Positions 9,446 to 18,079 are shown, numbered from the stretch's first letter. The stretch is 43,457 nt of DNA from Candidatus Nanohalobium sp. (GCA_042217545.1 JBDGSM010000003.1:1-43457), one strand, 5' to 3'. Numbers and translations: made by a program. Notes: a model not told the origin generated them from the sequence alone.

Positions 9446-9839
9446 TGCGAACATCTTCCTGGAAGCTCAGCTTGAACAGGGAAAAAGTGAAGTCTGCAGA
9501 GAGTTCCTTGCTGAGGTCAGAGATGGTGACATTGAAGGAGTTTTGACTATGTTTCACGCCGATACTATAGCGGTGATGATGGAGAATAGGGGTTTCCAGG
9601 ACAAGATTTCTGGGTTCATGCTCAGTCTCTACATGTATGAAGGGCTGGACGTATTTACTCTAGAGTTATCAGGGAAGGCTAAAGCTATGATGTCTGATAC
9701 TGGACTAAGTTTCGATGACAGTATAGCCGTTCAGACAATGAAGGAGCTTGAAATAGAAAAAATTGTTTCATACGATGATGACTTTGATGGATTGAAGGAA
9801 AGAACTACTCCTGAAGAAGTCCTAAAAAATACTACGTGA
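9429..9839 (+). CDS. vapC: PIN-domain toxin (VapC family)
   Basis: MKCLIDANIFLE, LSFDDSI, IVSYDDDFD: PIN acidic residues. Confidence 0.9.
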   Translation: MKCLIDANIFLEAQLEQGKSEVCREFLAEVRDGDIEGVLTMFHADTIAVMMENRGFQDKISGFMLSLYMYEGLDVFTLELSGKAKAMMSDTGLSFDDSIAVQTMKELEIEKIVSYDDDFDGLKERTTPEEVLKNTT

Positions 9840-9847
9840 TTATATCT

Positions 9848-10765
9848 ATGCCAGAAGCACCAGTTACACGTGAAGAGATCGAGAACGCGCCTATAAAGGC
9901 AAAAATCAGGGCAGGAGAGGAAGTTGTCAAGCGAGCGCTTGAGGAGTACGACACCGATAACGTCGTCATCGGTTTCACCGGTGGCAAGGACTCCACTCTT
10001 ACGGCCTGGCTCGTGAAGAGGGTCTGCGAGGAGCACGGCTTCGACAAGCCGCGCTTCATGTTCGTGGACCACGGCCAGCACTTTGACGAGCTGGAGGACT
10101 ACGTGGAAAGACTCGCAAGCGACTGGGGATTCGAAGTCCTGGTAGCCAGAAACGATGACCTGATCGAGAAAGCAGATCAGCCCGGAGACATGGTTCCTGT
10201 AGCTGAACTTAACGAGACCAACCAGGAGGAGGCAGCAAGGATCGACGAAGAACTTGAAGAAGTACCATGGCTTATGGATACTGAAGCAGGAAACCACCTC
10301 CTCAAGACCGTGCCGATGAACGAACTCCTGAAAAAAGAAGGTATCGAAGCAGTCATCAACGGAGTTCGCTGGGACGAACACGAATCCAGGGGGGACGAGG
10401 ACTTCTACAGTCCAAGGGACAACCCAGACCACATCAGAGTACACCCGATCCTACAGCTAACAGAAAGAGATGTCTGGGACGTATCCTGGTTCCACATGGT
10501 ACCGGACATCACAGGAATCGACATAGACGAATACCCGGAGAGTCCAGAAGACCTCCCCGAAGGCCTCGCAAAGGATGACGTACCGATCTCGCCAAAGTAC
10601 TGGGCAGGATTCAGAAGTCTGGGATCCGAAGTATCCACGGACAAGAGCGCCGAAGAACCAGCATGGCTCCAGGACGTAGAGAACACGAAGGAAAGAGCTG
10701 GAAGAGCCCAGAACAAGGACGACAAAGAGATTATGGACAAGTTGAGAAAGCTAGGATATATGTGA
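9848..10765 (+). CDS. cysD: Sulfate adenylyltransferase subunit 2 (CysD)-like, PAPS-reductase fold
   Basis: FTGGKDS PP-loop, GVRWDEHESR, RVHPIL, FRSLG, ERAGRAQ...MDKLRKLGYM CysD-type tail; lacks the ECGLH motif and Fe-S cysteines of CysH. Start ATG 9848. Confidence 0.75.
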   Translation: MPEAPVTREEIENAPIKAKIRAGEEVVKRALEEYDTDNVVIGFTGGKDSTLTAWLVKRVCEEHGFDKPRFMFVDHGQHFDELEDYVERLASDWGFEVLVARNDDLIEKADQPGDMVPVAELNETNQEEAARIDEELEEVPWLMDTEAGNHLLKTVPMNELLKKEGIEAVINGVRWDEHESRGDEDFYSPRDNPDHIRVHPILQLTERDVWDVSWFHMVPDITGIDIDEYPESPEDLPEGLAKDDVPISPKYWAGFRSLGSEVSTDKSAEEPAWLQDVENTKERAGRAQNKDDKEIMDKLRKLGYM

Positions 10766-10775
10766 GCTAGTATTA

Positions 10776-10808
10776 AGGCCTGAAAAGGCCTAATCTTTCT
10801 TTATTTTT
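10776..10808 (+). terminator. Putative terminator: AGGCCT-GAAA-AGGCCT hairpin plus T-rich tract
   Basis: Two self-complementary hexamers closing a GAAA loop 10 nt after the cysD stop, followed by AATCTTTCTTTATTTTT. Confidence 0.45.
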
Positions 10809-10937
10809 TAATATCGAGTCTGTTTGTAGTTGTGGCTCAGGCTTTTGAGCTGTCCCATTTCTATTGTCTTGTCTTGGGGTATTGGGCCATCTCTATGTGA
10901 GAGAGAACTTGAGTACTTAGGTGAGTAAGTTAGTTTT

Positions 10938-11210
10938 ATGGGCGGGATCAAGGTTTCGGTTCCGGACGATAAGGAGGAGAAGTTTAGGGAAGCTGCTATG
11001 AAGGTTTTTGGCCACAGAAGAGGTTCTATCAGCAAGGCTGCTGAAAAGGCCTTAACTGAATGGGCGGAAAGAATGAATGATGAAGAGATTAATAAGTCGC
11101 AGGGACTGGGAGATTCCCTTAATGGGAATCTTGCTGATATAGAAAAATCAGGTTTAGAGTTACAGGAAGAGAGAAGGCGATTTCTGGAAGTACCTGGAAG
11201 GAGCTTATGA
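10938..11210 (+). CDS. Second RHH antitoxin paralog, orphan, C-terminus replaced
   Basis: Near-identical N-terminal ~47 aa to 9173..9445; homology ends after LELQE; no PIN gene follows. Confidence 0.75.
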   Translation: MGGIKVSVPDDKEEKFREAAMKVFGHRRGSISKAAEKALTEWAERMNDEEINKSQGLGDSLNGNLADIEKSGLELQEERRRFLEVPGRSL

Positions 11211-11406
11211 CTCCGATGGAGATCTAAGTCAGCCAGCGCCCAGAATCTGCTCGTATGATGCAGAGGAAAAGAAATTTCTGAAGAGGATATTAGACTATCT
11301 GGGCCTTGAAGTCAGTATACAGCAGAATAATGTATACGTCAAAGTCGCTAGTAGCGAAAGTTTCTTTGAGAATGTCAATCTGGTTTACGGGAAGAGAGCG
11401 CCCTGA
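11173..11406 (+). pseudogene. LAGLIDADG homing-endonuclease fragment (no start codon)
   Basis: Frame not in ORF track: EGDFWKYLEGAYDSDGDLSQPAPRICSYDAEEKKFLKRILDYLGLEVSIQQNNVYVKV...; YLEGAYDSDG fits the LAGLIDADG helix; in-frame TAG at 11155. Confidence 0.65.
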
Positions 11407-11475
11407 GGCCTTTCTGTTATCTATATCCTGTTCTACCAATGGAGTATTTAAGGTCCGTGTCCAAGTTTCTTCTCT

Positions 11476-12504
11476 ATGAAACGTTACTTGATCGGTTTGC
11501 TGGCTTTAGTGGTAGTTGCTTCTGGATGTGCGGGTTCTGGTCCGGCCAACAGTGGCTCGGGTGGAGCTGCTTTTTCTTCCATGAGTCCGCAGCAGAAGTA
11601 CAGCCATCTGATCTCTAGTAACCAGGATGCTACTTACCATGTCAGTTACAACATGACTTTTGACATGAATGCTGGGGATAGCAGAATGAGTGGCTTGCTG
11701 GGCATGATCAAGGCAATCTTTGAGAACGCTGATATTGATCTTTACAGCTACAAAGGAGATGTGAAGAGTGTTGTTTCGGTTTCTGCGCTTGGTTCGCAGA
11801 GTGTGACGGCGACATATCCTATCAAGGATTCGAACTACTCGGTTCAATGTTCGGAATCTGCAGGTTCGTCGGATCTTTCGTGCTCCTTCTCACAGTCATC
11901 AGGACTGGGTTCAGGGAACAGCGCGATGAGTACAACACCTTCCCAGGACTTCAGCGACGACCTGGATAAGATCAACCTCAGCTACGAAGGAAAGAAGACG
12001 GTAGCTGGACGTAAATGCGCCAGCTTCTCGGTAAGTATGCCTCCATCTCTCATGAACAGCAGCACTGTCCAGGGAGATGTCACAGGCCATCTATGTGTGG
12101 ATATGGAGAAAGGATTCATGTCCAGGATGGCTATGAACATGTCAATGGAGTCGTCAACAGGATTCGGAAACAACACAACTCCTGCAAACGTGTTCATAGA
12201 GTTCAAGGCCAAAGATTACAGCGAAGACGTCACAGCGTCCGATCTTGAACTGCCTAAGAACATGATCGTAGACCTCAAATGTGATGGAGGCCTTACAGGC
12301 CGTGTCTACTCCAGAGACTTCAGCGGACAGGCAGACCTTGATGTAAACGGAGAGCAGATGCAGAAACAGATCAGTTCCGGACAGATCCAGACATACAACC
12401 TGACACAGTACAGGACAAGCGGAGCCAACAGCCTCAACATCACAGCAGGAGGCGAAACCTACTCTGACAGCTGCTACCACTACGACTTCGGAGGCCTTTC
12501 CTGA
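11476..12504 (+). CDS. Lipoprotein, paralog 1 (DUF4412/LolA-like core)
   Basis: Lipobox VVASGC; TYHVSY, GKKTVAGRKC..F, LCVDMEKG; N-x-S/T sequons. Confidence 0.8.
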   Translation: MKRYLIGLLALVVVASGCAGSGPANSGSGGAAFSSMSPQQKYSHLISSNQDATYHVSYNMTFDMNAGDSRMSGLLGMIKAIFENADIDLYSYKGDVKSVVSVSALGSQSVTATYPIKDSNYSVQCSESAGSSDLSCSFSQSSGLGSGNSAMSTTPSQDFSDDLDKINLSYEGKKTVAGRKCASFSVSMPPSLMNSSTVQGDVTGHLCVDMEKGFMSRMAMNMSMESSTGFGNNTTPANVFIEFKAKDYSEDVTASDLELPKNMIVDLKCDGGLTGRVYSRDFSGQADLDVNGEQMQKQISSGQIQTYNLTQYRTSGANSLNITAGGETYSDSCYHYDFGGLS

Positions 12505-12542
12505 AGAAGAGTCCTGAAGACTTCCTATCTCCCTTCCTTTTT

Positions 12543-13442
12543 TTATTCAAGAAGCTCTCTGGCGCATTCCCTTACTGAATCCGCAGAGTTCCTGCCCGGC
12601 TTCCATCCGGTCGACTTCAGCTTCTCTATCTCAAGCCTCATCTCCGGAACATCGCCGTCCCAGCCTTTCTCCCCGCCCGTGTAAGAGTATTCCGGGTCGA
12701 GACCCATCTCATCACTTACAATATCCGCGATGCCGTCCACATCTATAGAGTCCTCGGAACCTATGTTGAAAGCAGTCCCCGAGGCCTTCCAGGCCTTGAT
12801 TATACCCCTCACAGTGTCATCCACGTGTAGATAGCTCTTCCTCTGCTTCCCGTTGCCGAGGATCGTCAACTCCTCAGGATTATCCTTCAGTTTATGTATG
12901 AAATCGTAGATAACGCCTTTCTGATTCCTGCCGCCGACAATATTTGCCAGGCGGACGATAGTCGCATCTATACCGAAGATCTGCTGATAGACCTGGCACA
13001 TGTGTTCGCCTCCGGCCTTTGTAGCGCCGTACATCGATATAGGATCAAGCAAAGCATCTTCAGGCGTCGGAATCTCCGCGTCCTCGCCATAAACTACGGA
13101 AGAAGAGGTGAAGACTAACTCCTCCACACCTGAACTCTCACAGGCCTCCAGAACATTCTTCGTACCTCTCAGATTCTCTTCGAAATCCTTATCCTGGTCA
13201 TCAGGGAACGTGTTCACCTTGGGATTAGCGGCCAGATGAAAGACAGCATCTACATCTGAAAAAGCATCTTCAAGGCCTTCATAATTCTTTATATCATGTT
13301 CAACCAGCTCTGCATTCTCCGGAACGTTTTCCTCAAGACCTGAGGACATGTTGTCGACAACCTTGACCTCGTGATCCTCGAGCAGTTTTTCCGATAGCCT
13401 TGATCCTATGAAGCCAGCTCCTCCTGTGACCGCGACCTTCAT
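12543..13442 (-). CDS. NAD-dependent sugar epimerase/dehydratase (GalE-like)
   Basis: VTGGAGFIG, FHLAA, TSSSVVYG, YGATK, GNGKQRKSYLHV. Confidence 0.92.
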   Translation of the reverse strand: MKVAVTGGAGFIGSRLSEKLLEDHEVKVVDNMSSGLEENVPENAELVEHDIKNYEGLEDAFSDVDAVFHLAANPKVNTFPDDQDKDFEENLRGTKNVLEACESSGVEELVFTSSSVVYGEDAEIPTPEDALLDPISMYGATKAGGEHMCQVYQQIFGIDATIVRLANIVGGRNQKGVIYDFIHKLKDNPEELTILGNGKQRKSYLHVDDTVRGIIKAWKASGTAFNIGSEDSIDVDGIADIVSDEMGLDPEYSYTGGEKGWDGDVPEMRLEIEKLKSTGWKPGRNSADSVRECARELLE

Positions 13443-13541
13443 ACCTGAAACTTTGTCAGTGGAACTTAAAGGCCTTGCAGCCTTAGATTTTCCCTGGTTT
13501 TAGGGAAAGTTTTTATATCATGTTGAGGTAACCTTTGCGTT

Positions 13542-14501
13542 ATGAGACTTAGCGTTGTACTGCTGGTTTCTCTTGCTTTACTGGCTTCAGGATGTGCTTC
13601 GCTTGGAGGAGGGATGACGACGGAGCAGAAGTTCAAGTCACAGCTCCAGGATATGACACAGTCCAACTACCACGTGAAGTACAAGATCTCTGCGAGCGGC
13701 AAGGCAGGGATCCTTGAGGGAGCGGTTCAGACTCCCGAGATCTACAGCAAGGGGGGCCAGTCCAAGTTCGTGGCAGGTTTCAGCTTCGGCATAGCGAGCG
13801 GTCAGATAGCCGCGTACGACATCTTCAGCGAAAGTCCCGTGATCTGTACTACATCCGGTTCCAGTTATGGGATGGGATCTCAGACCGGGCCACAGTGCAG
13901 CGTCTCCTCGAGCAACGTCTCCTTCTCGAAGGAGAAGATCGACAGATTCATGAAGAACATCTCCCTGGAGATGAAGGGGACGGAGACGGTGGCAGGAAGG
14001 AAATGCAACATGTACGAGATCACCTCCGCAGAGAACCTGACGGACAGGCTACCTGACCAGGCCTCACAGTACGGCCAGGGCAAGGTGAACATCTGTCTCG
14101 ACAGCGGAAAGGGATACCCCGCGATCATCAGCGTCAAGGCGAACCAGACATCGCAGATCAGGGAGTCCGAAGGCCTCACAGAGGTCTTCAGGCTTGAGGT
14201 CAAGGAGTACAACACCGACTTCCCTGACGGCGTCTTCGAGGTCCCTGTCGACGCTGCAGCCAGCCTCTCCTGTGATCCGTTCGAGGCAACGGTCACCACC
14301 TTCGACTACAGCGGACAGATCAAGATCTCCGTCAACGGCGGAGAGAACATGACAAGACAGGTCGAAGCCGACTCCAAGGAGACCTTCAGCCTCGACAGCA
14401 GCAAGAAAGACAGCTTCAGCAACGAGATCACTGTCTACACCGACAGCGGAGAGAGCCACACCGCAAGCTGCTACGGAAGCATCGGAGGCCCGAACTACTG
14501 A
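13542..14501 (+). CDS. Lipoprotein, paralog 2
   Basis: Lipobox LLASGC; NYHVKY, GTETVAGRKCNMY, ICLDSGKGY. Confidence 0.8.
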   Translation: MRLSVVLLVSLALLASGCASLGGGMTTEQKFKSQLQDMTQSNYHVKYKISASGKAGILEGAVQTPEIYSKGGQSKFVAGFSFGIASGQIAAYDIFSESPVICTTSGSSYGMGSQTGPQCSVSSSNVSFSKEKIDRFMKNISLEMKGTETVAGRKCNMYEITSAENLTDRLPDQASQYGQGKVNICLDSGKGYPAIISVKANQTSQIRESEGLTEVFRLEVKEYNTDFPDGVFEVPVDAAASLSCDPFEATVTTFDYSGQIKISVNGGENMTRQVEADSKETFSLDSSKKDSFSNEITVYTDSGESHTASCYGSIGGPNY

Positions 14502-14578
14502 CCACGAAAAATCCTTTTCCTTCCCTCTTTTTTCTTCCACGCACCGATTTTTAACCCTCCGGAACCACAGAGTTCAAC

Positions 14579-15484
14579 GTGAAACACCGAACCCTGGTAA
14601 TCCTCGCCGCGGTACTCCTCGCCTCTGGCTGCGCATCCCAGACACCGCCGGAGGAAAGACTGAAACAGCTCAGCTCGCAGGCCTCCAACGCCACCTACAA
14701 GGTAACTTACGAGATGGAGAGGCCTGGAACATCCGTCATCAGGCAGGGCCTCACGGACCCGGTCCTCTACAGCTATGAAGGAGAGACCATGTTCAGCACC
14801 TCCACGTCCTTCATCGGGGGAAAGGCCCTGATGAACATCTACGAATACACCGAGGGAAAATCAATAACGTGCATCACCAGGAAGATCGCTGGCGCCCCTG
14901 AAAAAAGCTGTCAGATCTCAAACACGACCACAAGCCTGTATACAGAGGCCTCACGGTACGCGGACAAAGCAGACAGCATAAACGTTGCATACCTCGGAGA
15001 AAGGAAGTTCGCGGGAAGAAAATGCGGCATGTTTGGCCTGGGGATACCGGAAAAACAGTTCAAGGCCTCCTCCAGAAACACTGGCGCAAACGTGAAGCTC
15101 TGCGTCGACAAGAAAAAAGGATACGTCGCCTACATCCAGATCAACCTCACCAACCCGATCAGGACAGCGACAGGAAAAATAAACACGATACTCCAGCTGA
15201 AGGCTCTCAACTACTCCTCAAAGGTGAAAAAGAGCAGAATCGAAACTGGAAAAGGCCTCGTAACCTCCACAAGCTGTAACCCTCTCAAAGCCCAGGTTAC
15301 GTCCCTTGGATACAAGGGAAAGTTTAACCTATCCGTCAACGACGCTAATACAACCTACAGCCTGAAGAAGGCGGAGAGCAAGGCCTTTGATCTATCTAAC
15401 TCTTCTATCAACGGTGTGAACGATGTGAAAGCTTTTTATTCCGGCAAAGTTTCGTCTGCTTCCTGTAACGCTACTGCAGGCTAG
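14579..15484 (+). CDS. Lipoprotein, paralog 3 (strongly basic)
   Basis: GTG start; lipobox LLASGC; TYKVTY, GERKFAGRKCGMF, LCVDKKKGY; many Lys and sequons. Confidence 0.8.
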   Translation: MKHRTLVILAAVLLASGCASQTPPEERLKQLSSQASNATYKVTYEMERPGTSVIRQGLTDPVLYSYEGETMFSTSTSFIGGKALMNIYEYTEGKSITCITRKIAGAPEKSCQISNTTTSLYTEASRYADKADSINVAYLGERKFAGRKCGMFGLGIPEKQFKASSRNTGANVKLCVDKKKGYVAYIQINLTNPIRTATGKINTILQLKALNYSSKVKKSRIETGKGLVTSTSCNPLKAQVTSLGYKGKFNLSVNDANTTYSLKKAESKAFDLSNSSINGVNDVKAFYSGKVSSASCNATAG

Positions 15485-15533
15485 GTTGCCCGAGGACGGT
15501 GGTAAATTAAAAGTTCGATGAAAAAGTTCTTAC

Positions 15534-16289
15534 ATGGCAAAGCAGAGGATATCACTTACCCTTGATGAGGACCTTCTGGAGAAGATAGACGCAGAAGTAG
15601 ACCGGAAGGATCTGAACCGTTCCCAGATGATGGATCAGGTGGTCTCGGAGTATCTCTCCTCACAGGGCCTGGATACCGCTGTCGTTTTCTGCGGTGGCGA
15701 AGAAGCGAAATCTATGCAGGTCTACGATGGAAAGCCTGTGCTGAGCCATGTGCTGGATCATCTCTCATCCGAAGGTATCGACCGAATAGTACTTCTCGTA
15801 GGGCCTAACAAGGATGAAATTGAGGGTCATTTCGGCTCCGAGTACCGTGGAAGCGCACTGGAATACATGGAAGAGCAGGAGCCTGAAGGAACAGCCTCTG
15901 CACTGGAGAAAGTGAAGGAAAAGATAGGTAAGACCTTTGTCGCAGTCAACGGACATGTTGTTACGGACGTAGATCTCCAGGACATGCTGAAAGTCCACAG
16001 GGACGAGGGAAACGTCGCCACAATGGCGTTGACGACTGTAGAGAACCCCTCGGATTATGGAGTTGTTAAACTGAAGGGAAGAACGATTCTTGGATTCGAG
16101 AGAAAACCCGATCCCGGAAGAGAGCCTTCAAGACTGATCAACGCCGGAACCTACATCTTCGAGCCCGCAATATTTTCAAAACTGGGCCCTGAAAGCCTTG
16201 AAACAGTATTCGAACATCTTTCATCCGATAAACAGCTATCAGGCTACATTTACGGCGGCAAATGGCAGGACATTAAGGAGAACTGGTAA
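15534..16289 (+). CDS. RHH domain fused to a degenerate sugar-phosphate nucleotidyltransferase domain
   Basis: N-terminal RISLTLDEDLLEKID...NRSQMM (RHH); C-terminal GKPVLSH, EQEPEGTASAL, VNGHV, YGVV, FERKP, INAGTYIF; GxGTR and catalytic GD are missing. Confidence 0.8.
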   Translation: MAKQRISLTLDEDLLEKIDAEVDRKDLNRSQMMDQVVSEYLSSQGLDTAVVFCGGEEAKSMQVYDGKPVLSHVLDHLSSEGIDRIVLLVGPNKDEIEGHFGSEYRGSALEYMEEQEPEGTASALEKVKEKIGKTFVAVNGHVVTDVDLQDMLKVHRDEGNVATMALTTVENPSDYGVVKLKGRTILGFERKPDPGREPSRLINAGTYIFEPAIFSKLGPESLETVFEHLSSDKQLSGYIYGGKWQDIKENW

Positions 16290-16680
16290 CAAGCTCCGAA
16301 ATATCTTCTTCAAGCAGTGAAAGCAGGTTGTACAGCAGAGAGACTCCAAGGCCCCCCAGGAAGAACGCAGGATATGCTGAGAAGGTATGCGCAAGAAGTC
16401 CGGCGAAGACTATAGGTGCAAGCGAGGCCATGTAGTGCACTGTAGCAAGAGCCAGGTACTCTGACTCGTTCTTCTTCACTTCCTGTCTGGCGCCGCCGAA
16501 ACTGGCGACAGCCAGCACACCAAACCCTAACACGGCTCCGAGGCCGTAGGAAAGCGCGTGAAACATATTCGGTGCGCCAAAGGCGTTCACAAGTACTGCA
16601 CCGGTACCCCAGAAACCTATTGTAAACCCGTAGGCCCGGGACTCACCTGCCAGCATCGATCTAAGGAAGTTCTGCCTCAC
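16273..16680 (-). CDS. Small multi-pass membrane protein
   Basis: Hydrophobic segments, ESRAYGFTIGFWG; GTG 16680 preferred as start (ORF track extends to 16740). Confidence 0.65.
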   Translation of the reverse strand: MRQNFLRSMLAGESRAYGFTIGFWGTGAVLVNAFGAPNMFHALSYGLGAVLGFGVLAVASFGGARQEVKKNESEYLALATVHYMASLAPIVFAGLLAHTFSAYPAFFLGGLGVSLLYNLLSLLEEDISELVTSSP

Positions 16681-16731
16681 ATCTCTAGAACCGTGCTTTC
16701 TGGTTAAAAGTCCTACGAAGATTTTTAAGTG

Positions 16732-16762
16732 GTAATACATCGTAATATATTACGGAGTAATA
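16732..16762. promoter_or_regulatory. 14-bp palindrome CGTAATATATTACG with three GTAATA half-sites
   Basis: Palindrome 16741-16754; GTAATA at 16732, 16742, 16757; lies between TTTTTAAG (16722) and ATG 16762 in a divergent intergenic region. Confidence 0.5.
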
Positions 16763-17520
16763 TGTCTGCATTCGGGAGACAGGACTACGACACATACGAG
16801 ATGCTCCTCCAGGAGTTTTCTGGAGAGAAGCTCAACGGCCAGATGCCTGAAGAAGCAGCGATACTGGCCCTGGATGATGTCCAGGTAACAGGAGCAGAAA
16901 CAGAGGAAAGAGTCAGGCCTGGAGAGTACGTAAGAGTCCAGTCGCCAGAATGCATTGAAGGCCTCGCAGCTGTGCTCCCTGGAGAAGTCTTCACAGATTC
17001 TGTAACAAGGATTTCGGAGCACGAGAGGAACGGAGGAGGCTTCGTATTCACAAACGGTTCCCGCGCTGAACGACCGGAGGCCTCGTTCTCCAACGTCGAG
17101 CTGAAGTCAAGGTTCCCGGATGAGCTGAGAGACTACCCGGAGACAGTTCACGTCCACAACGTCCCGGAATGGTACTTCTGCGTCGGAGAGTTTGAGATGG
17201 CGCTGGGCAACGAAAACATGCCGGACAGTCCGCAGGACGTGTACGATGAAGCTCGGAGCATTCCCGGAGATGATCCAAACGCCCTCCTCGAGGAGAGGCC
17301 TGACTGGTTCGACACGTACACTTTCGAGGACGAAGTCCTCAGAGTCGATTCCGGCCAGTACCACGGCATAATGAGCAAAGACGACGAAGCATACCTTGGC
17401 GTGGCAAGAGGAGATCCTTCAGGAGAGGAGGAATGGGTCGGCAAATGGGACCTGGAAGGAAACCAGTTCTACGACCATTTTGAAGAAGAACCAAGCCTAA
17501 ACCAGCTAGTATCCTACTGA
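16762..17520 (+). CDS. Acidic protein with cupin-like metal motifs
   Basis: HVHNVPEWYF (H-x-H-x3-E) and VLRVDSGQYHG resemble cupin motifs 1 and 2; start ATG 16762. Confidence 0.6.
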   Translation: MSAFGRQDYDTYEMLLQEFSGEKLNGQMPEEAAILALDDVQVTGAETEERVRPGEYVRVQSPECIEGLAAVLPGEVFTDSVTRISEHERNGGGFVFTNGSRAERPEASFSNVELKSRFPDELRDYPETVHVHNVPEWYFCVGEFEMALGNENMPDSPQDVYDEARSIPGDDPNALLEERPDWFDTYTFEDEVLRVDSGQYHGIMSKDDEAYLGVARGDPSGEEEWVGKWDLEGNQFYDHFEEEPSLNQLVSY

Positions 17521-17532
17521 GGTACAAATAAG

Positions 17533-18078
17533 ATGAAATGCATACAATGTGGAGACGAAGACATCGAAATAATCGAAGAAAACGGCGAAGAAAAATACAG
17601 GTGCTCCAAAGGCCACGTAAACCCAAGGATGGTCAAAAATGAAGGCCTCGAGTACTACAGGGAAGACGGAGACGTCATACACAGGAGCGTCGGCGCCCTG
17701 ATCGTCAACGACGGCGAACTACTACTTCTGAAGAGAAGAAAATACCCCTACAAATACAGTATTCCGGCAGGCCACCTGGAAAAAGACGAAGATCCGGATA
17801 AAGCAGTGGGCAGAGAGGTAAAAGAAGAGACAGGCCTCGAAACCTCTCCTGAAGACTACAAACAGGTTTTCAGGGGCCAGATCAATGATCCCTGCAGGAG
17901 AGGATGCGACGTACACGACTGGAACCTCTACATCCTGGAGCTGGAGGAGAGGCCTGAAACCGCTTCTAACGAGGAAGCTGAAAGGCTTGAATGGGTGGAT
18001 CTCTCCGAGGTGGATGAGCTGGAGCTCACCGCACCAACTAAAAAATTCATAGTCAAAAAGAAACTATTGGAGGAGTGA
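17533..18078 (+). CDS. NUDIX hydrolase with N-terminal zinc-ribbon
   Basis: Nudix box GHLEKDEDPDKAVGREVKEETG; N-terminal CIQC...CSKGH. Confidence 0.9.
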   Translation: MKCIQCGDEDIEIIEENGEEKYRCSKGHVNPRMVKNEGLEYYREDGDVIHRSVGALIVNDGELLLLKRRKYPYKYSIPAGHLEKDEDPDKAVGREVKEETGLETSPEDYKQVFRGQINDPCRRGCDVHDWNLYILELEERPETASNEEAERLEWVDLSEVDELELTAPTKKFIVKKKLLEE

Positions 18079-18079
18079 A

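Noticed and set aside
9848..10765. PAPS/APS reductase (CysH) call
   Set aside because: No C-terminal ECGLH or Fe-S cysteines; the ER.GR...GYM tail fits CysD better.
11160..11210. Programmed frameshift joining antitoxin and LAGLIDADG
   Set aside because: Would need +1 with no recognisable slippery site or stimulator; a deletion junction is simpler.
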